64,000 bases of DNA from Eledone cirrhosa (taxonomy: Eukaryota): positions 38,750,001-38,814,000 of the forward strand of contig OZ024754.1 of the NCBI GenBank assembly GCA_964016885.1. Reading direction: 5' to 3'. Below are positions 49,430-62,535 of this stretch, piece by piece (the stretch's first letter is position 1; each line of letters starts with the position of its first letter). Under the pieces are notes generated by a model. That model worked only from the letters and a program-made list of their open reading frames with translations. It ran no database searches and had not been told where the DNA came from. The position numbers and the translations under genes are program-made.

Positions 49430-52104
49430 GTTAAGTGGTTTAGGGCTTTTTCCTTTATCTCTCTTCATATCCCCATACCCACTTTCGTGCAACTACTACT
49501 TACTTTTTTCAACCAATATTGCCGGACTAGATACATATATATCTACACGTAGTCTTTTCTTCTGTGTTATTATTCCCACAAGTAAACATTAGGGAAAGCT
49601 TACGTCTCCTTGTTTTCTAATACAACCATGGTTCTGGTTTATAGAATTCATTCAACTGTAACGGCTTCGTTCGTGTCACAATGTATTGTTTATATAGACC
49701 GAAATATTTCGGAATAATACATACATATATAAGTAATAAATACATCAAGGTTGTTATTTTTCTTTAAGTCAACCTTGTTTAAACAAGCCTGTAGTCATAA
49801 GCACCCCAGTCGTAAACATCCTATCGTTTAGTGGGTCGAGTTTCATTATTTAAAATACTCTTCTTTTATTTCAGACGAAGGGAGTAATTTAAGGGAGATT
49901 TGCCAACTGCGTTAAGATTAACAACGCTAATGTCTACGTATTTTATTTAAGATGAATAGCCCGGTCTTGTTGATTTAGATATCAAATATAACTTTACCAC
50001 TAATTTAAGTAATTTTCTGTTCATATGCATATGAAGGTGCATTTCGAGGTGTAATTAGAGACACCCTGCTAAACTTTATACAAGTATCCGAGCATATTTT
50101 AAACATGGTATTTCCTGCATGCAGGCAAACAACTAAACTGTTTGTTTGAAACTTTAATATATTTTTTGTATATAATATATTCTGAAAGAAGTTTTATTTT
50201 TCTACTGCAAAAATATAAAATCTAATTTGTGTATTTTAAATTCAAATTCAATTAAATCTAATTTGTACCCGCCCATTAACTTAAGATATATTTTTGTTTA
50301 TGTCCGTTTCTTCGGGTTAAGATATCCATTTTCTCTATCAAATAGTAGTTTGGAATATATTTATCTAGATATGTTTTATAAATAGGGTATATCTCTATTT
50401 AAATATTTATTTATATAAATTTGTTCAACGATCTTCTTTACCTACATTTTAAATTTGTATTTTATCAATTATTTAATTAAAAACCATGGTTGTGATGTTT
50501 AACCCAAGGCAGCTCTGATCAAACAAACCTATTGTCAAAGGTCATTTTAGCTGTGACTACCTTATATTTTACCAGATATAGTATATCTGGAACTATATGA
50601 GCTAATATGTCCTACTAGATAAAAATATGGTGCGGTTTGCTATGAAGGAGGGAAAATGTGACTGCTATTTCTAGCACATCGAGCGATCACATAGACTCTC
50701 CTCTCTTGTTTGAAACAAAATCACGTAGTTAATATTATTGTACATCTAAAACTGTTTCGGCTACCCGTATTGATTATATTTAAGATAGCCATTGGTTTTC
50801 GTTTTTTTTAAAAATCTATATATTTTAAAATGTTTACAGGAAAAAAAAAAAAAATATATATATATATATCTTATAAGGTTTCAATAGATATAAGGAACTT
50901 CAGTAGAGAGAGAGTGTGTGTGTATATATATTACAGTTTCTCTATAAGGTTATACTGCTATCTTATATTTGTTGCCACGACATTAGCTACAATACATCGT
51001 AACTACGTATTGCTTTCTGTTTATTTATTCATAGTATTAAAATTTCATGACACACTACGCATTAAAAAAAAAAGAATCTCCGATGCAGCAAAGGAAATTT
51101 GCCAAATTACTGAAGAGAGAGCGAGAGAGTGTGTGTGTCTGTGTGTATGTCAAATCAATGAAGATGCGGGAAATGCACGTGTCGGCATACTTACTAATTT
51201 TATTTATCAAAAGATCTTTATCATTATAAAGAAGCTACAAGGAATGTATTTTTAATGATGACCATAAAGATGTCGTTGTGATTGTTTTAGACAGTTTAGT
51301 ATGACCAGATCCGGATTAAAGAAACTAGTGTTCTTAAGCTAGAGAACGTTTGGAGTCACCAGCAACTGCTAGCGAGAAACTAAATAAAAATTAAAAGTAC
51401 ATGAATGTAGGCCTGTACAGAGCGATGCTAATATTTCAGCATCGATCCAAAAGATGTGATACCCCCCTACCAAAAAGAAAAAAAGAAATGTATTTAATAA
51501 TAGTTATGATAGTCTACCTATACAAACCTGTTAACATCAAGAGACGATAGGCAGATATATTTTAAAGTGATTTCTAAATTCCCTAGGTAACTTAGTGAAA
51601 CAAAAAATTAAGCTAACCAAGGTTTCTGAAAATATAATATCTTATCTAGACATGGCACCATATTGTCATTATTTTTTAATAACATTCAAATACTGCAGGG
51701 CTGGAATTTACCATTCTTTATCGCCGGGAGTTGACAATACATAAATATTTGTTTACTCCTAGGTCCTAATCACTGTTTGACATCTATTTTCCATGTTAGA
51801 ATGTGGTTTTTCGATGGATTGTCACGTACTGAGGCTTGACTGCTCAAGTGACCAGTCTTGCTCATATGTTCCGTTTTGGGATTGGTTTCTATAGCTGGAT
51901 GCTCTTCCTAACACCAACCACTTTACAGCATGTACTGGGTGCTTTTTAAGATGGCACTAGCACTACCGACTAACAGGGCAAACACCATGCTTTTTATCGT
52001 GTCACCAGCCCTATGCCTTACAATGCAAACTGGATGCTTTTTATCGTGACACCAGTTCTACCACTTTACAGGGTGTACTGGTTGCATATTGTCACAACAC
52101 CATC

Positions 52105-52452
52105 ATTCCCACTTTTCATGGTCTACTAGCTGCATAGACGAGTTGAGAAAGAAACTGTGTATAAGAGGGATAAGTTGTGGTGTGCAGGAGAGAAGACTGA
52201 GATGGTATGGACATGTGATGCGCATGGAGGATGACCGCTGGGTAAAGAAGTGCCAAGAAATCCCAGTAGAAGGAAGACGCAGTAGAGGAAGACCATGAAA
52301 AATATGGGCGGAGTTGGTGAGAGCTGACCTCAGATCGCTGAAACTCACGGAGGAGATGACGAAGGACCGTGACGAGTGGAGAGATGCTGTGCTGAATAGG
52401 ACCCGTCCCACCCTTGCAAGCAGAGAAAAGCGGACGTAAAATGATGATGATG
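52105..52452 (+). mobile_element. RTE LINE 3' fragment, short-UTR subfamily
   Basis: VQERRLRWYGHVMRMEDDRWVKKC...GRP; tail cccgtcccacccttgcaagcagagaaaagcggacgtaaaatgatgatg. Confidence 0.88.
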
Positions 52453-52459
52453 ATATATA

Positions 52460-52514
<55 letters not shown>

Positions 52515-52606
52515 TGTGATTCAGTGAAAAAAGAGTGTATATTTTAAGAAAAACGAAGTTTCGTTTACATGTATTTACTTGTTTTATTGTGTAACGACAT
52601 ATTACA

Positions 52607-52705
52607 CATGTTTCACAGGGGATTGGCTCAGGGTCACCCTTAGAAGTTATGGAGTTGGGTCCATAACTTCTATGTTGACCCTGAGCCAATCTTCTACGAA
52701 ACATG
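52607..52705. repeat. 99-bp imperfect hairpin in a (TA)n-flanked insert
   Basis: gattggctcagggtca pairs with tgaccctgagccaatc, and tagaagttatgga with tccataacttcta, around a 6-nt loop. Confidence 0.85.
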
Positions 52706-52818
52706 CGGATACACAATAACTAAATATATGTATATATATATATAATGTATACACACACACACGCACACGCACACACACACACACGTATATGTGTGTGTAT
52801 ATGTATATACGAGTATAT

Positions 52819-52947
52819 GGAGGCACATGGCTTAGTGGTTAGGGCATTGGCTTTGCAATCGAAAGGTTGTGAGTTCAATCCTCAGACCGAGTGATGTGTT
52901 GTTTCCTTGAGCAAGACACTTTATTTCACATTGCTTCAGTTCACTCT
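52819..52947 (+). mobile_element. SINE family A head
   Basis: A and B boxes plus CORE-like segment; 3'-truncated. Confidence 0.75.
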
Positions 52948-53819
52948 TTTAAAGAGTAGTGGCAACAAATGTTTTTTTTTATTTAAACTGGCCATATCCT
53001 GCCAGAATTCTCTTACCTCTTTCTGTTCAAACCGGCTGTAATCGACTGCTCATACATATGTTAAGGTATTGTTCTCAAAATAAATATCAAAATCTCATGG
53101 ATTCGATATTATGCGAGTTAAAGTGTTTACCGTGAAAATATAATAGTATGTGTAGAGTAATGTAATTACTAAAGGGTTAACCCCTTTGTCACCATATTTC
53201 TTCTAAGCTTAAGTCATGGGAGGACTTTAGGGTTTAGCTAGAATCTGATTCTTGATCAGCAGATATAGTATTTTAGCAGACTCTTTTGTCTGGTCGAGGA
53301 CATAACCTCTCTAGTGTTGCTGCAGTGATAAAATGTTCTGTACATTCTGTAAAGTGGTTGATGTCATAGACATCATTTTTACAGCTACTTTTCCATGGGT
53401 TTGATGTAGCTTTTCCAGCACAGCCTCCTTTCACTCATAGCATTCTTTTGTCATCCCTACTGTGAATTGGCAGAGTCATTAGAATGTTGGATAGAATGCT
53501 TGTTGATATTTGTTCTGCCTCTCTGCTTTCTGAGTTCAAATCCCACCGAGGTCAACTTTGCCTTTCATCCTTTCAAGGTTGATAAAAAAAGTACCAGTCT
53601 AGTACTGGGGTCGATTCTTCCTTTATATGGAAGAATTCTGCTGTACTCAGGCCTGGAGAGCGATGGGCTCCGCCAGGCTTAAAATGTCCAAGAAACGCTG
53701 TATGTCAATACAGCACACCTATGACTCTATCAGGAATTACGGGACCATACCATACTGTGAGGTGCAACCTTTTTGAGATCAGCTTTTATCACCTCTTCTC
53801 AGATTTTTCTCAGTTTACC

Positions 53820-54360
53820 TCTACTATAGCCTCCTTTCAGTGGAATCACCTGGCATTTCATCATCCTGCATTCATCATCCATATGCATCACATGTCTATA
53901 CCAGTGCAGTCTTCTTTCTTGCAAACTACAACTGATTCCTCTTATACCCAGTTTTTCTCTTAGTTCATCTACACCTTGTCATTCATGCATATTAATATTG
54001 CACACCCAACAGGGTATGATTGCTTCATTTCTCTCCAGCCTCTGTATATCCTCTGCATTTATCACCTGTGTCTCACTATCATGTAGCATCACACTTCTCA
54101 CATAAGTATCATACAATCTACCCTTTACTCATAGAGAAAATCCCTTTGTTGCCAGCAGAGGTAGTAGCTCCCTAAACATTTTCCATCCTGTTCTTATCCT
54201 AGTTTCTATGCTTTCAGAGCAACCCCTTCCACTTCTAATCAGATCACCGAGGTAGCAGAGAATCTATCAACCACTTCTGTAGATCCTTTATGTTATTGGA
54301 AAAGGTTTATTTCACTGCTGCTCTTACACTAACTAGCCCTGTTCATCTTCCACATGCAAA
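53820..54360 (-). mobile_element. Degenerate RTE fragment
   Basis: Colinear with 41800-42320 (YLGD, RTGWK, ELLPLLA, RLERNEA equivalents); many mutations. Confidence 0.8.
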
Positions 54361-55931
54361 GTTTGCTGAAAATGCAATATGTGAGTGAGACCTGGGGGTT
54401 TTCCAACTTATTTAGGTTAACTATGACTTCATATAAGTACTGTCTCCTGACCAGTTTATCACATGCCAGCATAGGAAAATCCAGCTGTAAATTACGGAAA
54501 CTTGCATAAAATGACTCTATATCATACCACTTGAGTTACAAGTATAATTCTTAAAATATAAATTACCAGTCTATTAGTACATCCCATCACATGCTTCCTC
54601 TCATGTAAAGTGTTTCTCATTTTTATAAAATACATGTTGGAAGTTTGAAAGACACTTTCAAAAATTGCCTGCCCTGTGTGAATCTTGTTTTTTTAAGTTT
54701 CTAAACAAGAATTTGGTTTCATCATGTGTAATGCTTTAATTGTTTCAATATGGAAGAGTATTATCAGAATCTTTAAAAGTTTGGACAAATGTATGTATAT
54801 CAAATCTTCTTAGTATTTCTAAATGACAAGGTTTGTGACGTTCGAATGTTTGAAAATTGTCTTAGCACAAAGGAGTTGCCTGGAGATCTACTATAACTCT
54901 CCTTAGATAAAAACCACTATTCCTCAATTCTTCTACTTGTTTCGGTCTGTAGACTGAGACCATACTGGTGCACTATTGTATCATGTTAGGATTTTGGTAT
55001 TAATTCTGAATCTTGATCATCCCCCATCGGAAATTATTATTATTGGTTCCAGAGTTCTTTGAACTTTTACTACAAAAATTGACAAATAATTAGTAAATCA
55101 TTATTTTGGCAAAATTGTTAGAGCATCTGACAAAATGCATTGCAGCATATGGCCCTTTATATTCTGTGTTCAAATTCTGCCAAGGTCAACTTAGCTTTTC
55201 ATACTTTCAAGGTCTATGAAATAAAATTCTGGTTAAGTAATGAAGTTGATTTAACCCTTTCATGACCATATTTCTAATGAAATACACTCTATTCCAATTA
55301 ATTAACCTTTTCATGGCTATATTTCCAATCAAAAATGAAGAATTTTGAAGGATTTACTAAAATAATCAATTATTTCATAACTAATCTAGTAACTTAATTT
55401 AGTTCTTATATAAAATTGTTAAAATATATTAAGTGGTTTTGAAAATATATTAAGCCAGTTTTGACCTAGTCGTTATATAAATAATTAATCACTTTTCCTC
55501 TCATACCAAATTGCTGGCCTTGTGCCTAATTTAGAAGCCATTATTATTATTAAATATATATTAACGTGTTCTTAATGTTATTGCTGAATTTACTCTTTTA
55601 TTCAATGTAAATTACTTACCATTCCTTGTTCTTATATATTTATTTCACTCTCAAATTCTCTTATCCAATGGTCTAGCTCCTTGTATCCATTAAAAGAAAT
55701 ATTTATTCTATTGTGTTTTTATTATTATTATTATTATTATTGATTGGCAGTGTTGTTAGAGCATCGGACACCATGCTTTGCAGCATAGAGTTATGGCACT
55801 TTACGTTCTGAGTTCATATCCTGCCGAGGTTAGCTTTGCCTTTCATCCTTACAGGGTCGATAAAATAAAGTACCAGTCATGCACTCCTCAAAAATTCTTG
55901 GCCTTCTGCCTAAATCAGAAGGATACTTTAA

Positions 55932-56130
55932 CCCTTTAGCATTTACATTACTCTATATTTACTGTTGTATTTTTGTTGTAAAGACTTTATCTCACATAAT
56001 ATGAGATTTTGTTATTATTTATTTTGAGAACAATACCATAACATAAGTATGAGTGGTCAGTTACGGCCAGTTTGAACAGAAAGTGGTGAGAGAATTCTGG
56101 CCGGATACAGCTGGTTTAAATGCTAAAGGG
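55932..56130. mobile_element. piggyBac-like MITE (reverse orientation)
   Basis: TTAA|CCCTTTAGCATT...AATGCTAAAGGG|ATAA; another copy at about 52981-53176. Confidence 0.82.
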
Positions 56131-56606
56131 ATAATTAATGTTTTTTTAATGACATGCACTACCTTTGTTTCAATTGAATGTTGGAAAGTTTTAATATAAA
56201 GATAAATGTTTTAAAATGAACAGTTTTGTTTCATAAACCAGGCCAACTTCAGGTAGATTGGTAACAAATGAGTCACTATTGAAATATATTGCCTTTGATA
56301 TTCCAATAATTTTGAATTTGGAGGGATTTAGTAATATAACTAATTTTCTCAATATTATGCTGGTGGTTGGAACATAACTCAACAAAGGTTCTTATATAAA
56401 ATTGATGCAAGCTTTTTAGATAAATATAAATACTTTATAGTAAACAGCTTTATATTGTTGAACCAGGGGCAGTTTTGTGTGGTTTGAGGTCAAAAGGTTA
56501 ATGTTTGAGATGCTGAAATCTTCTGGGGAAGTAGGATTCAAACTAGCCACCCACAGTCAACCTGGTATTACAGGATAGGGCCATATCCTAAGGTGATGCT
56601 CTAAGC

Positions 56607-56765
56607 CAGTCATGGGCAAACTGGCCCGCAAGCTGCATGCGGCCCATTTGGTTTTCTGAATGGCACACCTAATTTCAAAATTACCTTCAATTTTTTAGTG
56701 TAGCCCACCTTACGATGAGCCATATCCTATGTGACCCACTGCTCGCAAAAGGTTGCCCATGCCTG
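56607..56765. mobile_element. hAT (Charlie-like) MITE
   Basis: CAGTCATGGGCAAAC...GGTTGCCCATGCCTG with degenerate 8-bp flanks ctctaagc and gtctaaac; related copy near 15184-15335. Confidence 0.7.
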
Positions 56766-57022
56766 GTCTAAACCTTTCAGCTTATTTTTCATGTTTGAGA
56801 AATTGTAGCTGTTTATATTTGATGTTGTTTATAAATTGATAATCTTGTAACATCCCAACATCTTTATATTTATTTTTAACAATGTCCCGTTTGCATGGTG
56901 GTAGCCTTCTAATAAAATACACTATTTTTTTACCCTTTACATAATTCCTCAAGTAAACTACAACATCCTCTAAACTTGTTATAAACAAGACATTATTAAA
57001 AAATGTGGCTTTTATTTTTCAG

Positions 57023-57070
57023 GTCGTGGAGAAAATGGAGATTATGAAGACAAGAAAGAACCCAAACATA
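57023..57070 (+). CDS. MACROD1/2-like exon
   Basis: tttatttttcAG acceptor and GTAAGT donor; (S)RGENGDYEDKKEPKH; phases 1 and 1. Confidence 0.72.
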
Positions 57071-57549
57071 GTAAGTTGTTTATTGCTCATTTTCTTTAAA
57101 CTAACATTGGTTGATTTAAACAGATTTTTAAATGGTGATTTAAAAGTTAATCATCATCATATGTCTGTTTTCCATGCTGGCCTATGTTGGATGGTGTGTC
57201 ACAGTCTGAGAAAAGACATGCTTATACAATGTGTACAGGGTGTATTTTATCATGGCGCCAGTACTAAATAAGTTGTCATGTGCTCAGCTAGACTGGAGAC
57301 TCTTCTCTATTCTATATTATTTCCATTTGACCACCAACCACTTTACAGAGTGTACTGGATGTATTTTATCATGGCACCAGTACTAGATAGGTTGTCATCT
57401 CCTTGACAAGACCCAAGGATCCTCTCTACCCTATGTTGACTTGGTTCATCAGCAACTTTACACAGAGTACTGAGTGTATTCCATTAGGTTGTCTTGTTAA
57501 TGGGATTTTTATCCACGCCATTAAGTTTTATTTCGCAGTTTATAATAAT

Positions 57550-57915
57550 TATAATGAAATTATTGTGTACAGTGTTCAGGTGCACAACAACTTATCAAAG
57601 ATGCATGTATAGTACATAGAATAATGTACAAATGTCAGGAAAGTGAACAGTGTATGAGTCATGATATACATAGGTGCGTATGTATGGAGGAGGGAATATC
57701 AGGTATAGTGTTGGCGAATTTCAGGAAGCATGGAAGTTTTAAAGGATGCTGTGTCTCGACAGCTAATAACTGATGCAGGTAGTTTGTTCCATGCTTCAGC
57801 AACTCAGTGTGAAAAAATGTTTCCGAAAGTCATGGGAGTTGTACTGTTTTCTGTCTTTGTAGGCATGCCCACGTGTGTTAGACACATGGAAATCAAAAAG
57901 GTACTCAGGGTTGTT
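57550..57915 (-). mobile_element. CR1-like LINE 3' fragment
   Basis: Reverse complement of 1555-1890; a shorter piece lies near 59250-59365. Confidence 0.8.
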
Positions 57916-57991
57916 GTATTCTTTTGTAGAAGAAAAAAATTGAAATTCATGTTTATAATTGATTTTGTATTTTTCATTAACGTGTTTCTAG

Positions 57992-58099
57992 ATAAACCAG
58001 AAGGAAGAGAAAGTTCAATTCACAGTGATTCTATTTCAATCTCTGACATCCTAGCATGGCCGGAATATTTTGAGACTTCTGTTTGTCCCAAGAAAAGTG
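57992..58099 (+). CDS. MACROD1/2-like exon
   Basis: gtttctAG acceptor and GTTAGT donor; (N)KPEGRESSIHSDSISISDILAWPEYFETSVCPKKS resembles the 'L..I..W' segment upstream of MACROD macrodomains; phases 1 and 1. Confidence 0.75.
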
Positions 58100-58399
58100 G
58101 TTAGTTGAATTTTTTACTGTTTTGAATTGTGTGTATTTGTATAATTGTGAAAGTTTGTCAATACATACCATGGATTTAGGATCACAACTGTTCCAAATTA
58201 AGCCTAAAGAAATATGAAAAAAACCTTAATAAAAATGAGCAAAGTGGAGTATAGTCATATTTTCGATACATGTATGTATGTAGGTAGATAAGCATGTTGG
58301 TAGGTCAGCATGCAGTTTGATGTACATGTATGTAGACATGTAGTTAGGCATGTATGTAGGTGTGTATGTATGTAGCCATGCATGCCTACATACATACAC

Positions 58400-58775
58400 C
58401 TGTCTCCCTCTCTCTCTGTCTATCCCTGCCTCTCTCTCTCTCTCTATCTCTGTCTCTGTCTCCCTCTGCCTGTCGGTCTTTCTCTCTCTCTGTCGGTCTC
58501 TGTCTTCCCATCTCTCTCTCTCTCCCCTTCTCTCGTCCATCTCTCTCTCTCTCTCTCTCTCTCTATCCCTGTCTCTCTCGCTCTCTGTCTGTCTATCCCT
58601 GTCTCTGTCTCCCTCTGTCTGTCTGTCTTTCTCTGTCTCTCTCTCTCTCTCTCTGTCTCCCTCTGTCTGTGTCTGTCTTTCTCTCTGTGTCTCTCTCGGT
58701 CTCTGTCTCCCTCTCTCTCTCTCTCCCTCTCCCGTCTCTCTCTCCCCCTCTCTCTCTCTCGGTCTCTCCCTCCCT

Positions 58776-58808
<33 letters not shown>
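58400..58808. repeat. (CT)n-rich polypyrimidine tract
   Basis: Direct inspection. Confidence 0.95.
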
Positions 58809-58812
<4 letters not shown>

Positions 58813-59032
58813 CATCAAACTATAGATTTTACTGATAATCTGTCTCTGTCTGCCTGAAACCCGTCTGTCCGTCCATAAAACTATAGATTATATCCCTCCT
58901 GCCATAATTCTTTCTATGATATCTCACTTAATTTCTTCATAGATATCTCCTTCTCCTTCTCTTTCTCTTTTTTCGTTATTTTGTGTATTTACTGTTTTCC
59001 CTCTTCTTCTTCTTCTTCTTCTTCTTCCTTAG

Positions 59033-59089
59033 ATAAAGAAGGTGAGAAACACAGTTTACCTGGCAGACATATAGCAGAAGATGGAAAAG
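59033..59089 (+). CDS. Candidate MACROD exon with two possible donors (59041 or 59089)
   Basis: (TTC)n tract plus TAG acceptor; (D)KE or (D)KEGEKHSLPGRHIAEDGK; both preserve phase 1. Confidence 0.55.
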
Positions 59090-59122
59090 GTTCTTATCTC
59101 ACTTCATGTCTTTACTGGGCCT

Positions 59123-59167
<45 letters not shown>

Positions 59168-59377
59168 GGCTTATGCATGTGTGTGTATGGGCTTATATAT
59201 GTATGTGTATATATATGTGTATATGTATATATATATGTGTATATAATAATAATGAAATTATTGTGTACAGTGCTCAGGTGCACTACAACTCATCAAAGGT
59301 GCATGTATAGTACATAGAATAATAAAATGTCAGGAAAATGAACAGTGTATGAGTCATGATATAATAACAATAACAAT

Positions 59378-59396
59378 ATGTATATATAGGTGTGTG

Positions 59397-59427
<31 letters not shown>

Positions 59428-60180
59428 ATATATAGGTGTGTGTATATATATGTCTATATGTGTGTATATATATAGGTGTGTGTATATATATGTGTGTATG
59501 TGTATATATATGTGTGTGTATATGTATATATATTTATTTGTGTGTATGTATTTATATGTGTGTGTGTATGTCTATAAGTGTATATATATATATATATGTG
59601 TGTGTGTGTATATGTCTATAAGTGTATATATATGTGTGTATGTATATATATATATTTGTGTGTATGTATATATATATATATATATGTGTGTGTGTATATA
59701 TATATATTTGTGTGTGTGTATATATATATATTTGTGTGTGTGTATATATATATATTTGTGTGTGTGTATATATATATATTTGTGTGTGTGTATATATATA
59801 TATTTGTGTATGTATATATATATATTTGTGTGTATGTATATATATATATTTGTGTGTGTGTGTATGTATATATATATATTTGTGTGTGTGTATGTATATA
59901 TATATATATATTTGTGTGTGTGTGTATATATATATATTTGTGTGTGTGTGTGTATATATATATATTTGTGTGTGTGTATGTATATATATATATTTGTGTG
60001 TGTATGTATATATATATATATTTGTGTGTGTGTATGTATATATATATATATTTGTGTGTGTGTGTATGTATATATATATATTTGTGTGTGTGTGTATGTA
60101 TATATATATATTTGTGTGTGTGTGTATGTATATATATATATTTGTGTGTGTGTGTATGTATATATATATATATATATATT

Positions 60181-60213
<33 letters not shown>

Positions 60214-60775
60214 TTGTGTGTGTGTATATATATATATATTTGTGTGTGTGTATATATATATATATATTTGTGTGTGTGTATATATATATATATTTGTGTG
60301 TGTGTATATATATTTGTGTGTGTATATATATATATTTGTGTGTGTGTATATATATATATTTGTGTGTATGTATATATATATATTTGTGTATGTATATATA
60401 TATATTTGTGTGTGTATATATATATATTTGTGTGTGTGTATATATATATATATATTTGTGTGTATGTATATATATATATTTGTGTGTATGTATATATATA
60501 TATATATTTGTGTGTATGTATATATATATATATATTTGTGTGTATGTATATATATATATATATTTGTGTGTATGTATATATATATATATATTTGTGTGTA
60601 TGTATATATATATATATATATATTTGTGTGTATGTATATATATATATATATATATATTTGTGTGTATGTATATATATATATATATATATTTGTGTGTATG
60701 TATATATATATATATATATTTGTGTGTATGTATATATATATATATATATATATATTTGTGTGTATGTATATATGT
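59378..60775. repeat. 1.4-kb compound (TA)n-TT-(GT)n microsatellite
   Basis: Quasi-periodic 20-30 bp units; continues at 61307-61530 after an RTE tail. Confidence 0.97.
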
Positions 60776-61307
60776 AGTCACGGAATAGGCAGACCTAGAA
60801 AAACCTGGGACGAGCTGATAAACTCCGACATCACACACTTACACCTCTCCAAGACAATGTCACTGGACCGAGACCTTTGGCGGTACTCAGTAACAGAGAA
60901 GACCCGCCTTACCTAAATATATAGTAAAACCTACTCCAGCCAGTAGGCATCTCTAACAAATACACCCCGTCCCACCACCCCCACCCGATCCACACCCCCC
61001 CGTTCTATGTAAAGTTATGTTGGTGCCGCGCCATCGAGGCCGAAACAAATGAGATCGTGTAGGTGTCACGACAAAAAAACACACAGTCCACGCTGTAATG
61101 TGGCCGTGTAGGCAACACGGTAAAAACCTCCCAGACCCACACTGTAAATGTGGTTGGTGTTAGGAAGGGCATCCAACTGTAGAAAACCTGCCAGACAGTC
61201 CTATGCGAGCAAGACAATCACTCTTGCCTCAAGTGGGACTACCCCCGTCCAAACCCATGCAAGCGTGGAACACGGACGTTAAACGCTGATGATGATGATG
61301 ATGATGA
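60775..61307 (+). mobile_element. RTE 3' end fragment (41265 subfamily)
   Basis: [37 protein letters not shown]..., then 3'UTR and (GAT)n. Confidence 0.88.
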
Positions 61308-61325
61308 TATATATATATTTGTGTG

Positions 61326-61360
<35 letters not shown>

Positions 61361-61491
61361 GTGTATGTATATATATATATATATATATTTGTGTGTATGT
61401 ATATATATTTATATATTTGTGTGTATATATATATATTTGTGTATATATATATATATATTTGTGTGTATGTATATATATTTGTGTGTGTGTA

Positions 61492-61536
<45 letters not shown>

Positions 61537-61647
61537 CTGTATTTATGCATGTGGACAAGTTCGTGTGTGTGTGTGTGTGTATATACTTGTATTTTTTTAT
61601 AATCACAACCTTTATGCCTTTCTTTTCTTTCATTTGTCATTTTCCAG

Positions 61648-61767
61648 CATATTCTGTGAATCACAACATCAATAAAAGGATCTCGTTGCACAAAGGTGAC
61701 ATCACTAAGTTACAGGTAGATGTCATTGTTAATGCTGCCAACTCTTCACTGCTTGGTGGTGGAGGAG
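61648..61767 (+). CDS. MACROD2: MACROD1/2-like ADP-ribose glycohydrolase exon, start of macrodomain (gene continues beyond the window)
   Basis: ttttccAG acceptor and GTGAGT donor; [33 protein letters not shown] carries the GDIT, NAAN and GGGG MacroD-class motifs. MACROD1 versus MACROD2 cannot be resolved. Confidence 0.9.
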
Positions 61768-61835
61768 GTGAGTTGACAGCTTGTTTTATTGTGTTAGAGA
61801 GAGAGACCTATAATGTCTTGGAGTATTGGCTAGAC

Positions 61836-62173
61836 CAGGGGTTCTCAACCTGGTCCAGGTGGACCACTAGTGGTCCACAGGAAAATTCAGGTGGTCCACA
61901 GAAAATGTTCAATAGCAAATTCTTTTTTGATCCATGCATTTGACTTAAAGTGCTGTTCTTATTCTTTGCATAAGTACGACTTCAGCTGTTTATTTGCGTA
62001 GATTTTTAGGCACTGCGACATGATAATAGCATTTTCTAATTCATTGAAAAAAAAAACATCTACTGATGCTTATAAGTAGCAGTTCTATTACAAGATTTAA
62101 AAGTTTAGGTGGTCCACAGGAAAAAATTACTTATTTTGGTGGTCCACAGCGAAAAAAAGGTTGAGAACCCCTG
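61836..62173. mobile_element. hAT (Charlie-like) MITE
   Basis: TIRs CAGGGGTTCTCAACCT...AGGTTGAGAACCCCTG, 8-bp TSD ggctagac/ggctagag, subterminal gtggtccacag repeats. Confidence 0.88.
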
Positions 62174-62217
62174 GGCTAGAGTTTATATAGAATGTATGGG
62201 TAACATTATATATATAG

Positions 62218-62409
62218 GGGCGGTGGATTGGCAGTATCGGTAGAGGGTCGGACGACATGCTTTGACGCATAGAGTTACGGCCCTTTATGGTCTGAGTTCA
62301 AATCCCGCCGAGGTTAACTTTGCCTTTCATCCTTACGGGGGTCGATAAAATAAAGTACCAGTAATACACTGGGATAATTGCTAGCCTTGTGCCAAAAGTA
62401 GAAACAATT
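62218..62409 (+). mobile_element. tRNA-derived SINE, family B, full length
   Basis: A box TGGCAGTATCGG, B box GAGTTCAAATCC, central gttaactttgcctttcatccttacgggggtcgataaaataaagtaccag. Other copies near 27213, 35480-35880, 36645-37015, 39912, 41135, 53465 and 55740. Confidence 0.82.
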
Positions 62410-62415
62410 ATATAC

Positions 62416-62535
62416 ATAGGAAAAGAGTCAGAACCCCGACGACAGAGCTCAAGCCGTTTCGACAACTATTTCAGTCCAGAAATAGCTGGCGAAACAGCTT
62501 GAGCTCTGCTGTCGGGGTTCTGACTCTTTTCCTAT
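62416..62535. repeat. 120-bp near-perfect palindrome
   Basis: ataggaaaagagtcagaaccccgac...gtcggggttctgactcttttcctat around a 6-nt loop. Confidence 0.88.

Noticed and set aside
52819-52895. Possible tRNA genes
   Set aside because: A and B boxes run directly into SINE bodies found in many copies; no proper acceptor stem.
59390-60916. 508-aa and overlapping YI/CV-rich ORFs (also at 13.4, 18.3, 28.5, 33.1, 47.1, 58.4 and 61.3 kb)
   Set aside because: Translations of dinucleotide and trinucleotide microsatellites that lack stops by composition.
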